Shown: positions 45,155 through 55,148, counted from the stretch's first letter. The stretch is 59,287 bases of DNA from Balneolaceae bacterium (GCA_007693825.1 RECX01000230.1:1-59287); one strand, 5' to 3'. The notes: a model not told the origin generated them from the letters alone. Translations and numbers: made by a program.

Positions 45155-46029
45155 CAGGCTGTAGCTTCGTTTTCATCCAGTGACGCAATTACCACGTCAC
45201 GGACCAGTTCCATTGGCATGGCTTTACCGAACCACAGTTCAAATGACCGGGCCGCCTGATGCAGAAACATCTCAAGCCCACCGATCACTTTTGCCCCTTC
45301 ACTGCGCGCCTGCTGCAACAGTTTTGTTTCAGCCGGATTGTATACGATATCATAAAAAATCTTGTGTTTCAACAATGGAACCAGCCGCTCCTGCACCGGT
45401 GAGCGGTCACGCGCAGGATGCATTCCCACCGGTGTGGTATTCACAAGAAGATCCGACCCGCGGAGAGCCTGCTCCAGATCATCATACGTCACAAGACGCA
45501 CAACATCCGGATTCATGGTGGCCATTTCGTGCACCCTGTATGTGCGACTTACAAGATATATGCTTTTGCATCCGCTTTCTATCAGCCCGGCGGTGGCGGC
45601 CCTGGCGGCTCCACCTGTTCCCAGAATGGTCGCACTGGCAATGTTCCCAAAACGCTCCAACGGCTTCATGAAACCGTAGACGTCGGTGTTGTACCCCTTA
45701 ACGTGTCCGTCACGGGTATCCGGTACGATGGTATTCACTGCCCCGACTCGCCGCGCGGTTTCTTCAAGCGCATCAAGCAACGATACGATCTTTTCTTTGA
45801 GAGGGATTGTGACATTGGCGCCTTTGAATCCCGGCAATGCGAAAAGGCCGGGGATCAGATGGAACTCGGCAGGCGGACAGGCAACGGCATGATATTTCAC
45901 GGGAATTCCGTGACAGGCAAGCGCAGCATTGTGTATTGCGGGTGAGCGGCTGTGTGAAACCGGATATCCCAGCACGCAAACAAACGGCTTGGCGACGAAT
46001 TCACTATCAAGAAACTCGGAGAGGAGCAT
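45154..46029 (-). CDS. aroE: Shikimate dehydrogenase
   Basis: SHSRSPAIHN, GANVTIPLK and ILGTGGAARA motifs. Confidence 0.92.
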   Translation of the reverse strand: MLLSEFLDSEFVAKPFVCVLGYPVSHSRSPAIHNAALACHGIPVKYHAVACPPAEFHLIPGLFALPGFKGANVTIPLKEKIVSLLDALEETARRVGAVNTIVPDTRDGHVKGYNTDVYGFMKPLERFGNIASATILGTGGAARAATAGLIESGCKSIYLVSRTYRVHEMATMNPDVVRLVTYDDLEQALRGSDLLVNTTPVGMHPARDRSPVQERLVPLLKHKIFYDIVYNPAETKLLQQARSEGAKVIGGLEMFLHQAARSFELWFGKAMPMELVRDVVIASLDENEATA

Positions 46030-46061
46030 TTACGGGTGGCAAACTTGGATCACTTGCAGAT

Positions 46062-46090
46062 AAAAAAAAAGGGGCATAAGCCCCCTTTTT
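46062..46090 (-). terminator. Strong intrinsic terminator after the SRPBCC gene (GGGGC-uuau-GCCCC plus U9); A/T runs on both sides could allow bidirectional use
   Basis: Plus strand reads aaaaaaaaaGGGGCataaGCCCCcttttt. It lies 17 nt downstream of the 46107 stop on the minus strand. Confidence 0.8.
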
Positions 46091-46106
46091 AAACGCTGCC
46101 TGAAAA

Positions 46107-46589
46107 TCAGGCCGTTACCTCTTCTTTCTTTTCGGAAGCAACTTCCTCCTTCTCACTTTCGTCTTTGAAACTGCCGCTTTCTGCAAGATTTTTGAACTTT
46201 TCAAGATCATTCAGAAGTTTATCGGGCAGCTCCTCGATAAATTGGGCCATTTCAGAGGAGGGATCACCAAAGAACGTCCGGTAATCAAGACTGAAATCCA
46301 CCCTGGTACGGGACCCGTTGTTCAGGGGGGTAAAGCGAATGGTTCCGGTTTGATTTAGATTACCATTAATAGTGATCCAGGCAAAACGGGTATTCCGCAG
46401 ATCATCAATGATGTTGGTGGTCCACCGGAATTCTTCTCCACCAATTTCAGTTACGTATTCAAAAGTTTGTGAGTTCACTTTGTTAACCTCCCTGAGTGAG
46501 GACAGGAACTTCGGAAAATCCGTGGGAGAGCTCATCAACTCGTAAACTTTTGCTAAGGGCAGGTCAACTTCGATTCTTTGATGCGCCAT
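46107..46589 (-). CDS. SRPBCC-superfamily (polyketide cyclase/dehydrase-like) protein with an acidic tail
   Basis: Size and beta-grip-like pattern (MAHQRIEVDLPLAKVYELMSSPTDFPKF...). Family call is from pattern only. A longer start at 46694 is possible. Confidence 0.55.
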   Translation of the reverse strand: MAHQRIEVDLPLAKVYELMSSPTDFPKFLSSLREVNKVNSQTFEYVTEIGGEEFRWTTNIIDDLRNTRFAWITINGNLNQTGTIRFTPLNNGSRTRVDFSLDYRTFFGDPSSEMAQFIEELPDKLLNDLEKFKNLAESGSFKDESEKEEVASEKKEEVTA

Positions 46590-46767
46590 AATGTACTTGT
46601 ATACTTCGGTAAAGTTGATAGGTTCGTGTGATTTGTGGCTGGTATCACCGTAGCATTGCACGCAGGACTTTTCAGTTGTCGCACAATAAATCAAAAATAA
46701 GCATTTTTCGTAACATCAGCAATTGAAAAATTATAATTCAGTCACTGTGCCGGCACGAAACCCGATT

Positions 46768-48123
46768 ATGTTTTTGCGGATTTTACCTTTTTTCATTGCG
46801 GTTTTAACGGTTCTTTTTGCACCTTTACGGACACCGGCCCAACCCGCGCTGAAAGGAGAATACCACCTTCTTTCCGGAATCGCATTTTCAAATCCTGGTG
46901 AATGGCTGCCCGGAGTGCAGCGGGTCAGCATCAATCTGGACCAGCGTTTTGACCGCGGACGTTTTTTTGCACGGACCGATATCCGGAACCGGTTTGAGGC
47001 ATCGGCCGATTCCCTGGAATGGGTACTCCCGGAGTTCTGGCTGGAACTTTACTTCCCTAACAGCGACCTGCGCATTGGACGGCAGATCCTGCAACCGGGC
47101 TACTCCCCATTCCAGGCGCCCGTTGACAGAATACAGCCTGTCGACCTGCGCAACTTCCTGCTGGAGCCCGAATCATCCCTGCGACGCGGCACGATCGCTC
47201 TTGCCTATTCCTATTACCTTGGGGACTCGCGTTTTCGTCTTCTGCTCTCCCCCGTGCCCACTCCTGCGCTTCTTCCCCGGCCCGAAAGCCGCTGGTTTGC
47301 ACATATTCCGGTCCCGGCCGGGATCCCGGTCCGGGTCGATGCTCCGGAAAACCGCCGGGGGATTACAAAACCGCAATTCGCCCTGCTATGGGATTCCGGT
47401 ACTGTTGGTTCGCTGGAGTTGCAGGCCGGTGCACTCTACTGGACTCCCTCCAACCCCGCCTACCGGAAACAGATCCGGATTTCCAGTCCGGACAACCCTC
47501 TTCCCTCCCCCGATATCACTCTGACGGAGCAATTTACCCCAAGCTGGATACTCACCGGCGCCATCTCCCTGCAGCTCTCATCGGCACTGTCCGTAACTGC
47601 CGAAGCCGCCTGGTTCCGTGAAAAAGCATTCGACCGGATCCCCGGGACCCTTCTTTCTTTTCAGTGGGATGAACCTGATCTGACCCTTCTCCCGTTAATC
47701 ACACAGATTATCGCAACGGAAGATGATGGATTCCTTTCCACCCATAGCGCCGTTGAAACCTTGCTTGGAATGCAGTATTCCGGTTCCCTGCTCACCCTGG
47801 GGGCCCAGTGGAGCACACAGATCATTCCGGACCCACATCCAGAGGTAATCCAGGATTCCATTTTTCATCAACTTGCGGCTACCGTGCGCCGGGACCTTTT
47901 TCGTCAGAGACTGTCCAGCGACCTGACAATCGTTTATCAACCGAACGGGAAGGATTTCTGGATGCGCACCGAGCACACCTACGATCTCATGGACAATGTG
48001 AATGTCTCTGCCGGAGCACATTTTTTTGGCGGACCGCTGCCGCAAGCGAACTATGGACACCCGAGTTTCGGTTCCTATCGGAACAACAGCCTGATCTATG
48101 CCGGCATCCGGTATTTTTTCTGA
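46768..48123 (+). CDS. Hypothetical outer-membrane beta-barrel protein, likely partner of the downstream exporter
   Basis: Signal peptide MFLRILPFFIAVLTVLFAPLRTPAQ, alternating strands, and the C-terminal aromatic signature GIRYFF. Confidence 0.6.
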   Translation: MFLRILPFFIAVLTVLFAPLRTPAQPALKGEYHLLSGIAFSNPGEWLPGVQRVSINLDQRFDRGRFFARTDIRNRFEASADSLEWVLPEFWLELYFPNSDLRIGRQILQPGYSPFQAPVDRIQPVDLRNFLLEPESSLRRGTIALAYSYYLGDSRFRLLLSPVPTPALLPRPESRWFAHIPVPAGIPVRVDAPENRRGITKPQFALLWDSGTVGSLELQAGALYWTPSNPAYRKQIRISSPDNPLPSPDITLTEQFTPSWILTGAISLQLSSALSVTAEAAWFREKAFDRIPGTLLSFQWDEPDLTLLPLITQIIATEDDGFLSTHSAVETLLGMQYSGSLLTLGAQWSTQIIPDPHPEVIQDSIFHQLAATVRRDLFRQRLSSDLTIVYQPNGKDFWMRTEHTYDLMDNVNVSAGAHFFGGPLPQANYGHPSFGSYRNNSLIYAGIRYFF

Positions 48124-48147
48124 TGATTCATCCCCCATGTGATGCAA

Positions 48148-48187
48148 CCCGGTCACAGTCCCGATCCCGGTCACATACCCGGTCACA
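48148..48187 (+). repeat. Three direct copies of CCCGGTCACA upstream of the MMPL gene
   Basis: Copies at 48148-48157, 48166-48175 and 48178-48187, lying 31-70 nt upstream of the TTG start at 48218. Confidence 0.75.
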
Positions 48188-48217
48188 GTCACAGCCTCAT
48201 TTCCCACTTCAGTTCTC

Positions 48218-50671
48218 TTGAAACGCCTCGAAAAACGATATATCAACCCGGTCATCGACCTTATCATGGCCCGGCCGCGCACCTGGCTGGCAAGCGTCGC
48301 CGTGCTTGCCGTCTTTGCACTGATTCCGGCCTGGCATATCGAGGCGGATTTCAACCTCGAGGGTTTCTATCCCGAGGATGCCGAAACCATCGTCGAATAC
48401 CAGCGAATTGCAAGTGAGTTCGGCCGGGACGACGACATGGTGATCATCGCATTCCGCCACGACTCGCTTTTTACGCCGGGACACCTGCTTCAGATCCGTC
48501 GCATGGCCGATGAACTTGGCACGCTTCCCTATCTTGAAGAAGTCCGCAGCCTGTGGAGCATCAACGAATTTGCAAGTGAGAACGGAGCGCTGAATGCCCG
48601 CCCCTACCTCGATGAAGAAACGATTGTTTTGAACCTCACAGTAGATGAGGAGAGCCAGGAAAACCACAGCAAAACCCGGCTTGAAAGCATCCGTGACAGA
48701 ATGCTGGAGGATCCGTTCGTGAACGGGACCTACCTGGGTTCCGGCGGAACGGCAACGGCGCTCTTTCTGCGAATTGACGACGAAAAAAACACATTTACGA
48801 ACCGCCGGGAACTGCTCTCCCGAATGGATGAGCTGCTTGATCCGTACCGCCATCACTATGAGCTGAACATATCGGGACTCCCCTATTTTCGCACGCGTTA
48901 CGTCGAAACACTCAACAGGGAAATCCTCTTTTATGTCTCCCTTGCTTCCCTGATGATCATCCTCATCCTCTGGCTGCTCTTCCGGACAGTGCTGGGCGTC
49001 ATTCTCCCTATCAGCATCGTCTGGCTTACCATTCTTTTTGTGACCGCCATACTTGTATTGACGGGTGGATATTTTGAAATCCTGAGCAGCACCATTGCCC
49101 CCATCCTTTTATGTGTCGGTGTGGCTGACTCGGTGCATATGCTCTCCAAGTATCAGGATCTCCGCCTCCAAAACAAGAGCCGCGATGAATCCCTGCGGCA
49201 GATGATCCTGGTGCTTGGAACAGCCACGCTGCTTACCAGTGTCACTACGGCCATCGGATTCCTTACCCTGATGACCAGCAATGTGATGCCCATGCGCCGT
49301 TTTGGTATATACACCGCCGCCGGCGTGCTCATCGCCTTTCTGATCACCGTCTTCATCCTCCCATCCGTACTCAAACTCCTGCGCAACAGAACGCCGGTGG
49401 AAGATAAAAGCCGTATTTTCTTTCGAAAAATCGGATCCGTTCTTTCATCCACGCATCGCACGGCATACCTGCACCACCGCAAAGTGGTCGTCATAACGTT
49501 GCTGGTTACGATGGCATTTTCCATCGGCATCACTCAGCTGCGCACCAACAGCAGGGTATTCGATGACATTGGGGAAAACTCGGAACTGATCCGGCAAAGC
49601 CGTTTTCTGGACAAATATCTTGCACCGCAGTTCCCACTGGAAATCATCGTGGATACGGGTCAGGAGGACGGTGTCTACGACCCGGACCTGTTGAGGCGCA
49701 TTCAGAAACTGCAGGACCACCTGGTGACATATGACGAGGTGGAGCAAAGCATCTCCTTCGCAACACTCCTCTCCCGCGTCGACCAGGTCATGCGCGGGAG
49801 TCCGGATGGAACCCTCCCCGATTCACGCCCGCTGATCGCCCAATATGACCTCCTTCTGGAGATGACCGGCGGTGAGGCTGTCTCTGGTTTGAATGACTTT
49901 GAAAACCGGCAGACACGTATCATTGCCCGGGCCTACGATGCCGGGTCCTACCGTATCAACCTGATGCGGAAAGATCTGGAATCCTATCTGGATGAACTTT
50001 TCCCCGGCGAGTCAGTCATGCTGACCGGTTCCACAATCCTCTCCGCCGACCTCACAGGCAACATCGTTACGGCACTGACCTGGAGTATCGGACTGGCATT
50101 CCTGTTCATATCCGTGATCATGGCCCTGCTTTTCCGGAACGCGAAACTGGTACTCATTTCATTGCTGCCCAACCTGATCCCGCTGCTCATCACGGCCGGC
50201 TTCATGGGGTTTGCCGGTATAGATATCCGCCCTTCCACGGCCGTCATCTTTACGATTGCTTTCGGGATTGCCGTGGATGACAGTATCCACTATCTGGCAC
50301 GTTTCCGCATGGAGACCCTGCGCGGATCCCCCCTCAACACCGCCGTCAAAAACACAACCATCCACACTGGCAGGGCGATCGTGCTGACCAGCCTGATTCT
50401 CCTCGTAGGTTTCGGTGTACTTGGGACGAGCTCGTTCGAATCCAATATGCTGATGGGATTGCTGACCTGCCTGACGATTTTCACCGCCCTGGTTGCCGAT
50501 CTTCTGTTTCTCCCTGCGCTTATCTACTGGATGAATCCGAAAATCACGATCGGGGAAGCATCCTCTCAAGATGCCCTTTTATCGCCTCAAACGTCTCCGC
50601 AGCAGAGCGTGACGAATCAAATGCAACAATCCGTTTCTCACGGGCAGCAAGAGCATCAAATCCTGCATTGA
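48218..50671 (+). CDS. MMPL/RND-superfamily exporter (HpnN-like, 12 TM, two periplasmic loops)
   Basis: 817 aa with a duplicated 6-TM architecture and SSD-like segments (LLCVGVADSVHML, TIAFGIAVDDSIHYL). TTG start. Confidence 0.8.
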   Translation: MKRLEKRYINPVIDLIMARPRTWLASVAVLAVFALIPAWHIEADFNLEGFYPEDAETIVEYQRIASEFGRDDDMVIIAFRHDSLFTPGHLLQIRRMADELGTLPYLEEVRSLWSINEFASENGALNARPYLDEETIVLNLTVDEESQENHSKTRLESIRDRMLEDPFVNGTYLGSGGTATALFLRIDDEKNTFTNRRELLSRMDELLDPYRHHYELNISGLPYFRTRYVETLNREILFYVSLASLMIILILWLLFRTVLGVILPISIVWLTILFVTAILVLTGGYFEILSSTIAPILLCVGVADSVHMLSKYQDLRLQNKSRDESLRQMILVLGTATLLTSVTTAIGFLTLMTSNVMPMRRFGIYTAAGVLIAFLITVFILPSVLKLLRNRTPVEDKSRIFFRKIGSVLSSTHRTAYLHHRKVVVITLLVTMAFSIGITQLRTNSRVFDDIGENSELIRQSRFLDKYLAPQFPLEIIVDTGQEDGVYDPDLLRRIQKLQDHLVTYDEVEQSISFATLLSRVDQVMRGSPDGTLPDSRPLIAQYDLLLEMTGGEAVSGLNDFENRQTRIIARAYDAGSYRINLMRKDLESYLDELFPGESVMLTGSTILSADLTGNIVTALTWSIGLAFLFISVIMALLFRNAKLVLISLLPNLIPLLITAGFMGFAGIDIRPSTAVIFTIAFGIAVDDSIHYLARFRMETLRGSPLNTAVKNTTIHTGRAIVLTSLILLVGFGVLGTSSFESNMLMGLLTCLTIFTALVADLLFLPALIYWMNPKITIGEASSQDALLSPQTSPQQSVTNQMQQSVSHGQQEHQILH

Positions 50672-51158
50672 CTCGTTTGAAGAAATCGGCTCCCGCCTGC
50701 TCCATCCGGTCCTCCTTCCGAACCTTTTTGCGTCGCTGGTACGCCATTTCAGGATCCAGCTTCAGGTAAATCGTAATGTCTGGTTCCAGATTTTGTGTAG
50801 CCAGTTTGTTCAGCCGTTCGATGTCGGGAACAGGAACAGCCTGTCTGCCATACCCCTGATATGCCGTGGTCGAGTCATAAAACCGGTCAAGAATGACAAT
50901 GGCCCCCGTGTCAAGCAGCGGGCGGATCCTGGTGGCGACAAGCTGGGCGCGCGCAGCAGAAAACAGAAGGGATTCTGCCAGCGGATGAATGTCATCCTTG
51001 CTGTTCAGGAGAATTTCCCGAATCTGCTCGGACAATGGCGTTCCCCCGGGCTCACGAAAAACATGCACATTATAGCCTTTATCCGTTAAATAGGCTTTGA
51101 GCTTCTTAATATGCGTGGACTTTCCACATCCATCAATACCTTCAAAAGAAATGAGCAC
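50544..51158 (-). CDS. tmk: dTMP (thymidylate) kinase
   Basis: FEGIDGCGKST P-loop, DRF motif, 204 aa, GTG start. Confidence 0.92.
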   Translation of the reverse strand: MLISFEGIDGCGKSTHIKKLKAYLTDKGYNVHVFREPGGTPLSEQIREILLNSKDDIHPLAESLLFSAARAQLVATRIRPLLDTGAIVILDRFYDSTTAYQGYGRQAVPVPDIERLNKLATQNLEPDITIYLKLDPEMAYQRRKKVRKEDRMEQAGADFFKRVNAGFDALAAREKRIVAFDSSRSAAETFEAIKGHLERMLPRS

Positions 51159-51187
51159 AGACGATACCGGCTGGTTTACAGATTAGT

Positions 51188-51254
51188 GGCAGGACAAGTG
51201 TCATGTTAGCGGCAGAACAAGTGCCGGACTGGTTGCAGGACAAGTGCCATGTTA
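51188..51254. repeat. 3 x 23-bp tandem repeat in the pspC-tmk spacer
   Basis: Units are GGCAGGACAAGTGTCATGTTAGC, GGCAGAACAAGTGCCGGACTGGT and TGCAGGACAAGTGCCATGTTA, starting at 51188, 51211 and 51234. Confidence 0.8.
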
Positions 51255-52022
51255 CAGCAGGCTGTGCTGCGGTTTTTTCGGCAGGACCACAGCCAGCAGG
51301 ATGTAAATTACTAAACTGAAGCCATAACTTAAAAAAGCCAGTGCAAAAAGTGCCCGCACGATGGTTGGATCCATGTCCAGTCGCTCGGCAATGCCGCCGC
51401 AAACACCAAAAATCATTTTCTCTTCGCGCGACCGGTACCATTTCCGGTGCATTTCATAACCATAGGGATCATCTCCAGGATCCCCGGCATGACGCTTCCC
51501 GGAAGTCTTTCGCGACGTTGTTTTGCCGCTTTCAGAGGCGCTGTCCTCCGCATTTGCGGATCCGGCGTCCGGACCGGCGTGAGATCCGTATGCCGAAGCG
51601 GCACCCGAAGCGCTATCCTTTGGCGATCCCGCGGGAGAGCCGGCATACGATTCCGTACCACCCAGTGTTGCCTCCTCGTTTTTCAACCGCCATTCGGAAG
51701 CAGCCGCTTTCCTTCGCTCTGATCGCGACCGGGTCAGCAAACCGAGTCCGATAACCAGGACCAGGATAAGACCCGTAACGGGAATCATCCGAAGTACCGA
51801 TGTGAGGTCCGGTCCAACAGGAAACACAAAGCGCTGAACGACAAACAGAACTGCAAGCAACAGGATAATCAGACCGGCACCCCGGGCAAATTTCCCTTGT
51901 TTGCCTCCATCCTTGCCTTCATTTTCATAATCAGAACGCATATGCTCAAATTCCTCATCGCTGATGCGGGATGAGGGATCGAGATGGTTGTGTAAGTGTC
52001 CGCTGTGATACTGTGATTTCAT
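51252..52022 (-). CDS. PspC-domain membrane protein
   Basis: C-terminal MIFGVCGGIAERLDMDPTIVRALFALAFL is a PspC domain. The central region is a low-complexity S/A/G linker. Confidence 0.8.
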   Translation of the reverse strand: MKSQYHSGHLHNHLDPSSRISDEEFEHMRSDYENEGKDGGKQGKFARGAGLIILLLAVLFVVQRFVFPVGPDLTSVLRMIPVTGLILVLVIGLGLLTRSRSERRKAAASEWRLKNEEATLGGTESYAGSPAGSPKDSASGAASAYGSHAGPDAGSANAEDSASESGKTTSRKTSGKRHAGDPGDDPYGYEMHRKWYRSREEKMIFGVCGGIAERLDMDPTIVRALFALAFLSYGFSLVIYILLAVVLPKKPQHSLL

Positions 52023-52117
52023 CTGTTTAAAACTTTGGATTCATATGGTCAGATAGAATGTCTATGACGATTATAATCATGCTCCCGTGTGACGGGGAGC
52101 TGTCATGGCCATTTCAT
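52017..52117 (-). repeat. Dispersed repeat copy C4; its terminal ATGAAA is the PspC-domain protein start
   Basis: Minus strand reads ATGAAATGGCCATGACAGCTCCCCGTCACACGGGAGCATGATTATAATCGTCATAGACATTCTATCTGACCATATGAATCCAAAGTTTTAAACAG|ATGAAA. Confidence 0.88.
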
Positions 52118-52307
52118 CGATATAAAATTTTCTGTTTTTGCCGTGGTTGACCTGATCTGCTCAATCATCAGTGCCTCAAGCCCATTCCTGACACAAAACG
52201 GCAGCCGTGCAAATCCGTGACAGCCGGCCTGAAAGCATCTGTTATTCCGGCATACGAGCCCCGGTAAATTTTGTTTCCTTCAATCCCGTTTCTTCAGCGG
52301 AAGAAAA

Positions 52308-52880
52308 TCAGTTGCCGCAAGACAGGATCCGGTCTTCAGTGACAATATAATCCACCGGAACATCATGATCCTCAACAGGCAACCTGTCGTGCACAAACCG
52401 TTCGGGGACGAGCATCGCCTTTACGGAATGGGAGGCCGTTTCCAGAAAGCGGTCGTAGTAGCCCTTTCCGTAGCCCATGCGGTTTCCTTTGATGTCCACT
52501 GCAAGTCCGGGCACCAATATGAGCTCGATTTCCGCAACCGGCACCCTTGCATCCCCCAGCGGCTCCGGTATGCCCCATAAACCCGGCTTCATAAGCTCCA
52601 ATCCGGTGACCCTGACATGTTCCATCCCACCGTCATTGTCGGTAACCCTCGGCATGACAAGGAGCTTGCCAGAAGCGAGCGCATCCCCCATGATCCGGAC
52701 GGTCGGGATCTCCCCTTTTGCCGTAACGCCGTAAAAGCAGTGGACACATCGCACATCACGGTACCAGTCCGATTTCAGGACGTTATTGGCAATGAGCGAC
52801 CCAATACGCTCAAGTTCGCTGGAGTCCATTTTCCTGCGAATGGACAATGCCTCTTTTCTTATGTCCTGGCGATTTTTCAC
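52308..52880 (-). CDS. 5-formyltetrahydrofolate cyclo-ligase
   Basis: WGIPEP and GYGKGYYDRFL motifs, 190 aa. Confidence 0.88.
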   Translation of the reverse strand: MKNRQDIRKEALSIRRKMDSSELERIGSLIANNVLKSDWYRDVRCVHCFYGVTAKGEIPTVRIMGDALASGKLLVMPRVTDNDGGMEHVRVTGLELMKPGLWGIPEPLGDARVPVAEIELILVPGLAVDIKGNRMGYGKGYYDRFLETASHSVKAMLVPERFVHDRLPVEDHDVPVDYIVTEDRILSCGN

Positions 52881-52899
52881 AACTCCGGGCTCCCGCTTG

Positions 52900-54543
52900 C
52901 TAAAGATGGATCAGGAAATGCCTGTCAAACAGATCCTGGTCCCGCTCTTCCAGTTCCTGCAGGATCCGGTCCCAAATATCCACACCGAACTTGTTCATAT
53001 AATATATGTGGGAAACCTCCCGCTCCTGAAGCCGGTCATTTGGAAAAAGGGCATGTTTGACCTTGCGGATACGATTGACCTGTACTTCCTCTTTTTGCCG
53101 GATGGCATTGACCATCTTCTTTTTCAGTTTGTCTATGGACTTGCTGTATTCTTTGGAAATGGCTCTTGCATGTTTCTGCAGGCCGGGGTCTTCCATCCCT
53201 GTGAGCCCGGTCATTTCATCGGTGAGCGCATCCACCCGTTTTTTCCAGGTATCGAAATGGTCATCCAGTTCAGGATTGCCAAACGAGCGCAGGTAGTGTT
53301 GCTCCAGATCCTCAAAACGCCTGGTGTAATCGGAAAAATCAAATGGCAGTTCCTCCAGGAATCGCTGAATCGCCGGTTCAACCAGGGTGGCGGAAAGACG
53401 GGCGGCAAGAAAGGGCATTTTCATATCAAACAGCTCATACACCGGCTTCATCTGCCCGTAATAGGCAATTTCGGCCGGACCGCCGATGTAGGCAGCGTTT
53501 GGCAGCAGGACGTCCTGTATCAACGGGCGAAGAAACACATTGGGAGAGAACCGCTCGGGGGTTTCTTCAAGCTTCTGAAGCAACGCATCTGTCGACAGTG
53601 AGAGCCCCGACCCGGTTTGCCAGTGGCCGTCACCATGCTGCAGCCTGACCCGGCCGTGCTCGTCATCATGCCAGAACAGCAAGCTGTCCGTGATCTGTAC
53701 CTGCTGATGATAATGCTTGTCCAGGCGTTCACTTTGACTTGCCAGCGCATCCCTGATCTCATCGGCCCTGCCAATAGCGGTGCGTATGCACTCTGTTACA
53801 TGCCTTTTCACCAACGGGTCATTGCTGCCTGCGAATATAAGGCCATAGCGTGAAAAAAGCTTTGAGAGGAGCAGGGCAAACGCCTCACGGTAACTGCGTC
53901 CGGGCGCATACGAATCATCCAGCATCGAAATCAGTTGCTCGCGGAAATCCGTGGGATTCAGCGCTTCATAGATCTCTGAGCGGAAGTTTTCAAAGGCCTC
54001 GTCCACACGAAGGGTTCCGGCGGCGTGCCGGGCGCAGGTTTCGCAGGGCAGCGAGATCTTCCTGATGCTGTTGCGCTCAGGAACGTTTGCGACAGAAATC
54101 TCTTCAAAATCATGGTCCTCATCGGCAAGCCAGAAGACCGGGACAACCCTCCTTCCCGTGTCCCGGCTCAGTGACCGGGCAAGATGGATAACCGAAATCG
54201 TTTTGAATACGGTATAAAGCGGGCCTCCGAAAAGACTGAGCTGCTGTCCGGTGGTTATGGTAACCGTGTCCTTATGCGCAAGAATGCCGGCAAGCTCATC
54301 CACAGATTGCCCCTGCAGGAACGGTTCATTGAATTCGGCAATGATGCGGGCCGTCTCTGTGCGGTCACTGCGTACCTTGTATGAAGTAACGGCCTTTTTC
54401 AGGGAATCATAGGTGTGTGGATGGCTGTAGAACCCTGAAATGGTGTCTGCACCCGCCAGGTAATCACGGAACAGCCGGGAAAACGACAGCTCCCTGAAAT
54501 CAAGGTGGTCAACATGCAATGTCTTTTCCTTTGTGGACGTCAT
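52900..54543 (-). CDS. bshC: Bacillithiol biosynthesis cysteine-adding enzyme BshC
   Basis: 547 aa. The N-terminal FSRLFRDYL... region and overall length are typical of BshC. Call is from family recollection, not a search. Confidence 0.7.
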   Translation of the reverse strand: MTSTKEKTLHVDHLDFRELSFSRLFRDYLAGADTISGFYSHPHTYDSLKKAVTSYKVRSDRTETARIIAEFNEPFLQGQSVDELAGILAHKDTVTITTGQQLSLFGGPLYTVFKTISVIHLARSLSRDTGRRVVPVFWLADEDHDFEEISVANVPERNSIRKISLPCETCARHAAGTLRVDEAFENFRSEIYEALNPTDFREQLISMLDDSYAPGRSYREAFALLLSKLFSRYGLIFAGSNDPLVKRHVTECIRTAIGRADEIRDALASQSERLDKHYHQQVQITDSLLFWHDDEHGRVRLQHGDGHWQTGSGLSLSTDALLQKLEETPERFSPNVFLRPLIQDVLLPNAAYIGGPAEIAYYGQMKPVYELFDMKMPFLAARLSATLVEPAIQRFLEELPFDFSDYTRRFEDLEQHYLRSFGNPELDDHFDTWKKRVDALTDEMTGLTGMEDPGLQKHARAISKEYSKSIDKLKKKMVNAIRQKEEVQVNRIRKVKHALFPNDRLQEREVSHIYYMNKFGVDIWDRILQELEERDQDLFDRHFLIHL

Positions 54544-55148
54544 TCTTTGAGTCGGTTCAACTCATCCCTGATCTTTGCCGCTTTTTCATAATCTTCTTCC
54601 GCAATGGCTGTCGTCAGGCTTTTTTCCAGCATACGGATACGGCTCTCTTTGCTGGAAGGGGCTGCCGGTTCTTCGGAGGGTACATCCGAAGTTTGTGTTT
54701 CCGGCATGGGCGGGCTATCCTCCTGCTCCTCCATTTGCGGATCGGTTTCAATACCGGCTTCCTCTACAATATGGTCCGAAACGAAGATAGGTGCATTAAA
54801 GCGGATTGCCAGGGCAATGGCGTCACTTGGCCGTGAATCCTGGGTCAGGGTTTCTCCGTTGTTGTCATATACGATCTGGGCGTAGAAAGTACCTTCCCGC
54901 AGATCGTTGATGTAGATCTCCTTGACAAAGGTGTTGAAACTCTGGATGATGTTGCGCATCAGATCGTGGGTCATGGGTCTGGGCGGCTTGATATTCTCAA
55001 GCTCCAGGGCGATTGCCTGCGCTTCAAATGTACCTATGATAATGGGAAGCCTGCGCTTTCCATCCGTTTCATTTAAAATCAGCGCATAAGCTCCGCCACT
55101 GCTGGGACTGGTGGAAAGTCCCAGGATATCCATTTGAATCTTGCTCAA
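54540..55148 (-). CDS. Bifunctional nuclease (DUF151/BFN) family protein with a C-terminal UVR motif
   Basis: GAYALILNETDGKRRLPIIIGTFEAQAIALELE...RPMTHDL and C-terminal EDYEKAAKIRDEL. TTG start, with an ATG alternative at 55133. Confidence 0.82.
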   Translation of the reverse strand: MSKIQMDILGLSTSPSSGGAYALILNETDGKRRLPIIIGTFEAQAIALELENIKPPRPMTHDLMRNIIQSFNTFVKEIYINDLREGTFYAQIVYDNNGETLTQDSRPSDAIALAIRFNAPIFVSDHIVEEAGIETDPQMEEQEDSPPMPETQTSDVPSEEPAAPSSKESRIRMLEKSLTTAIAEEDYEKAAKIRDELNRLKE

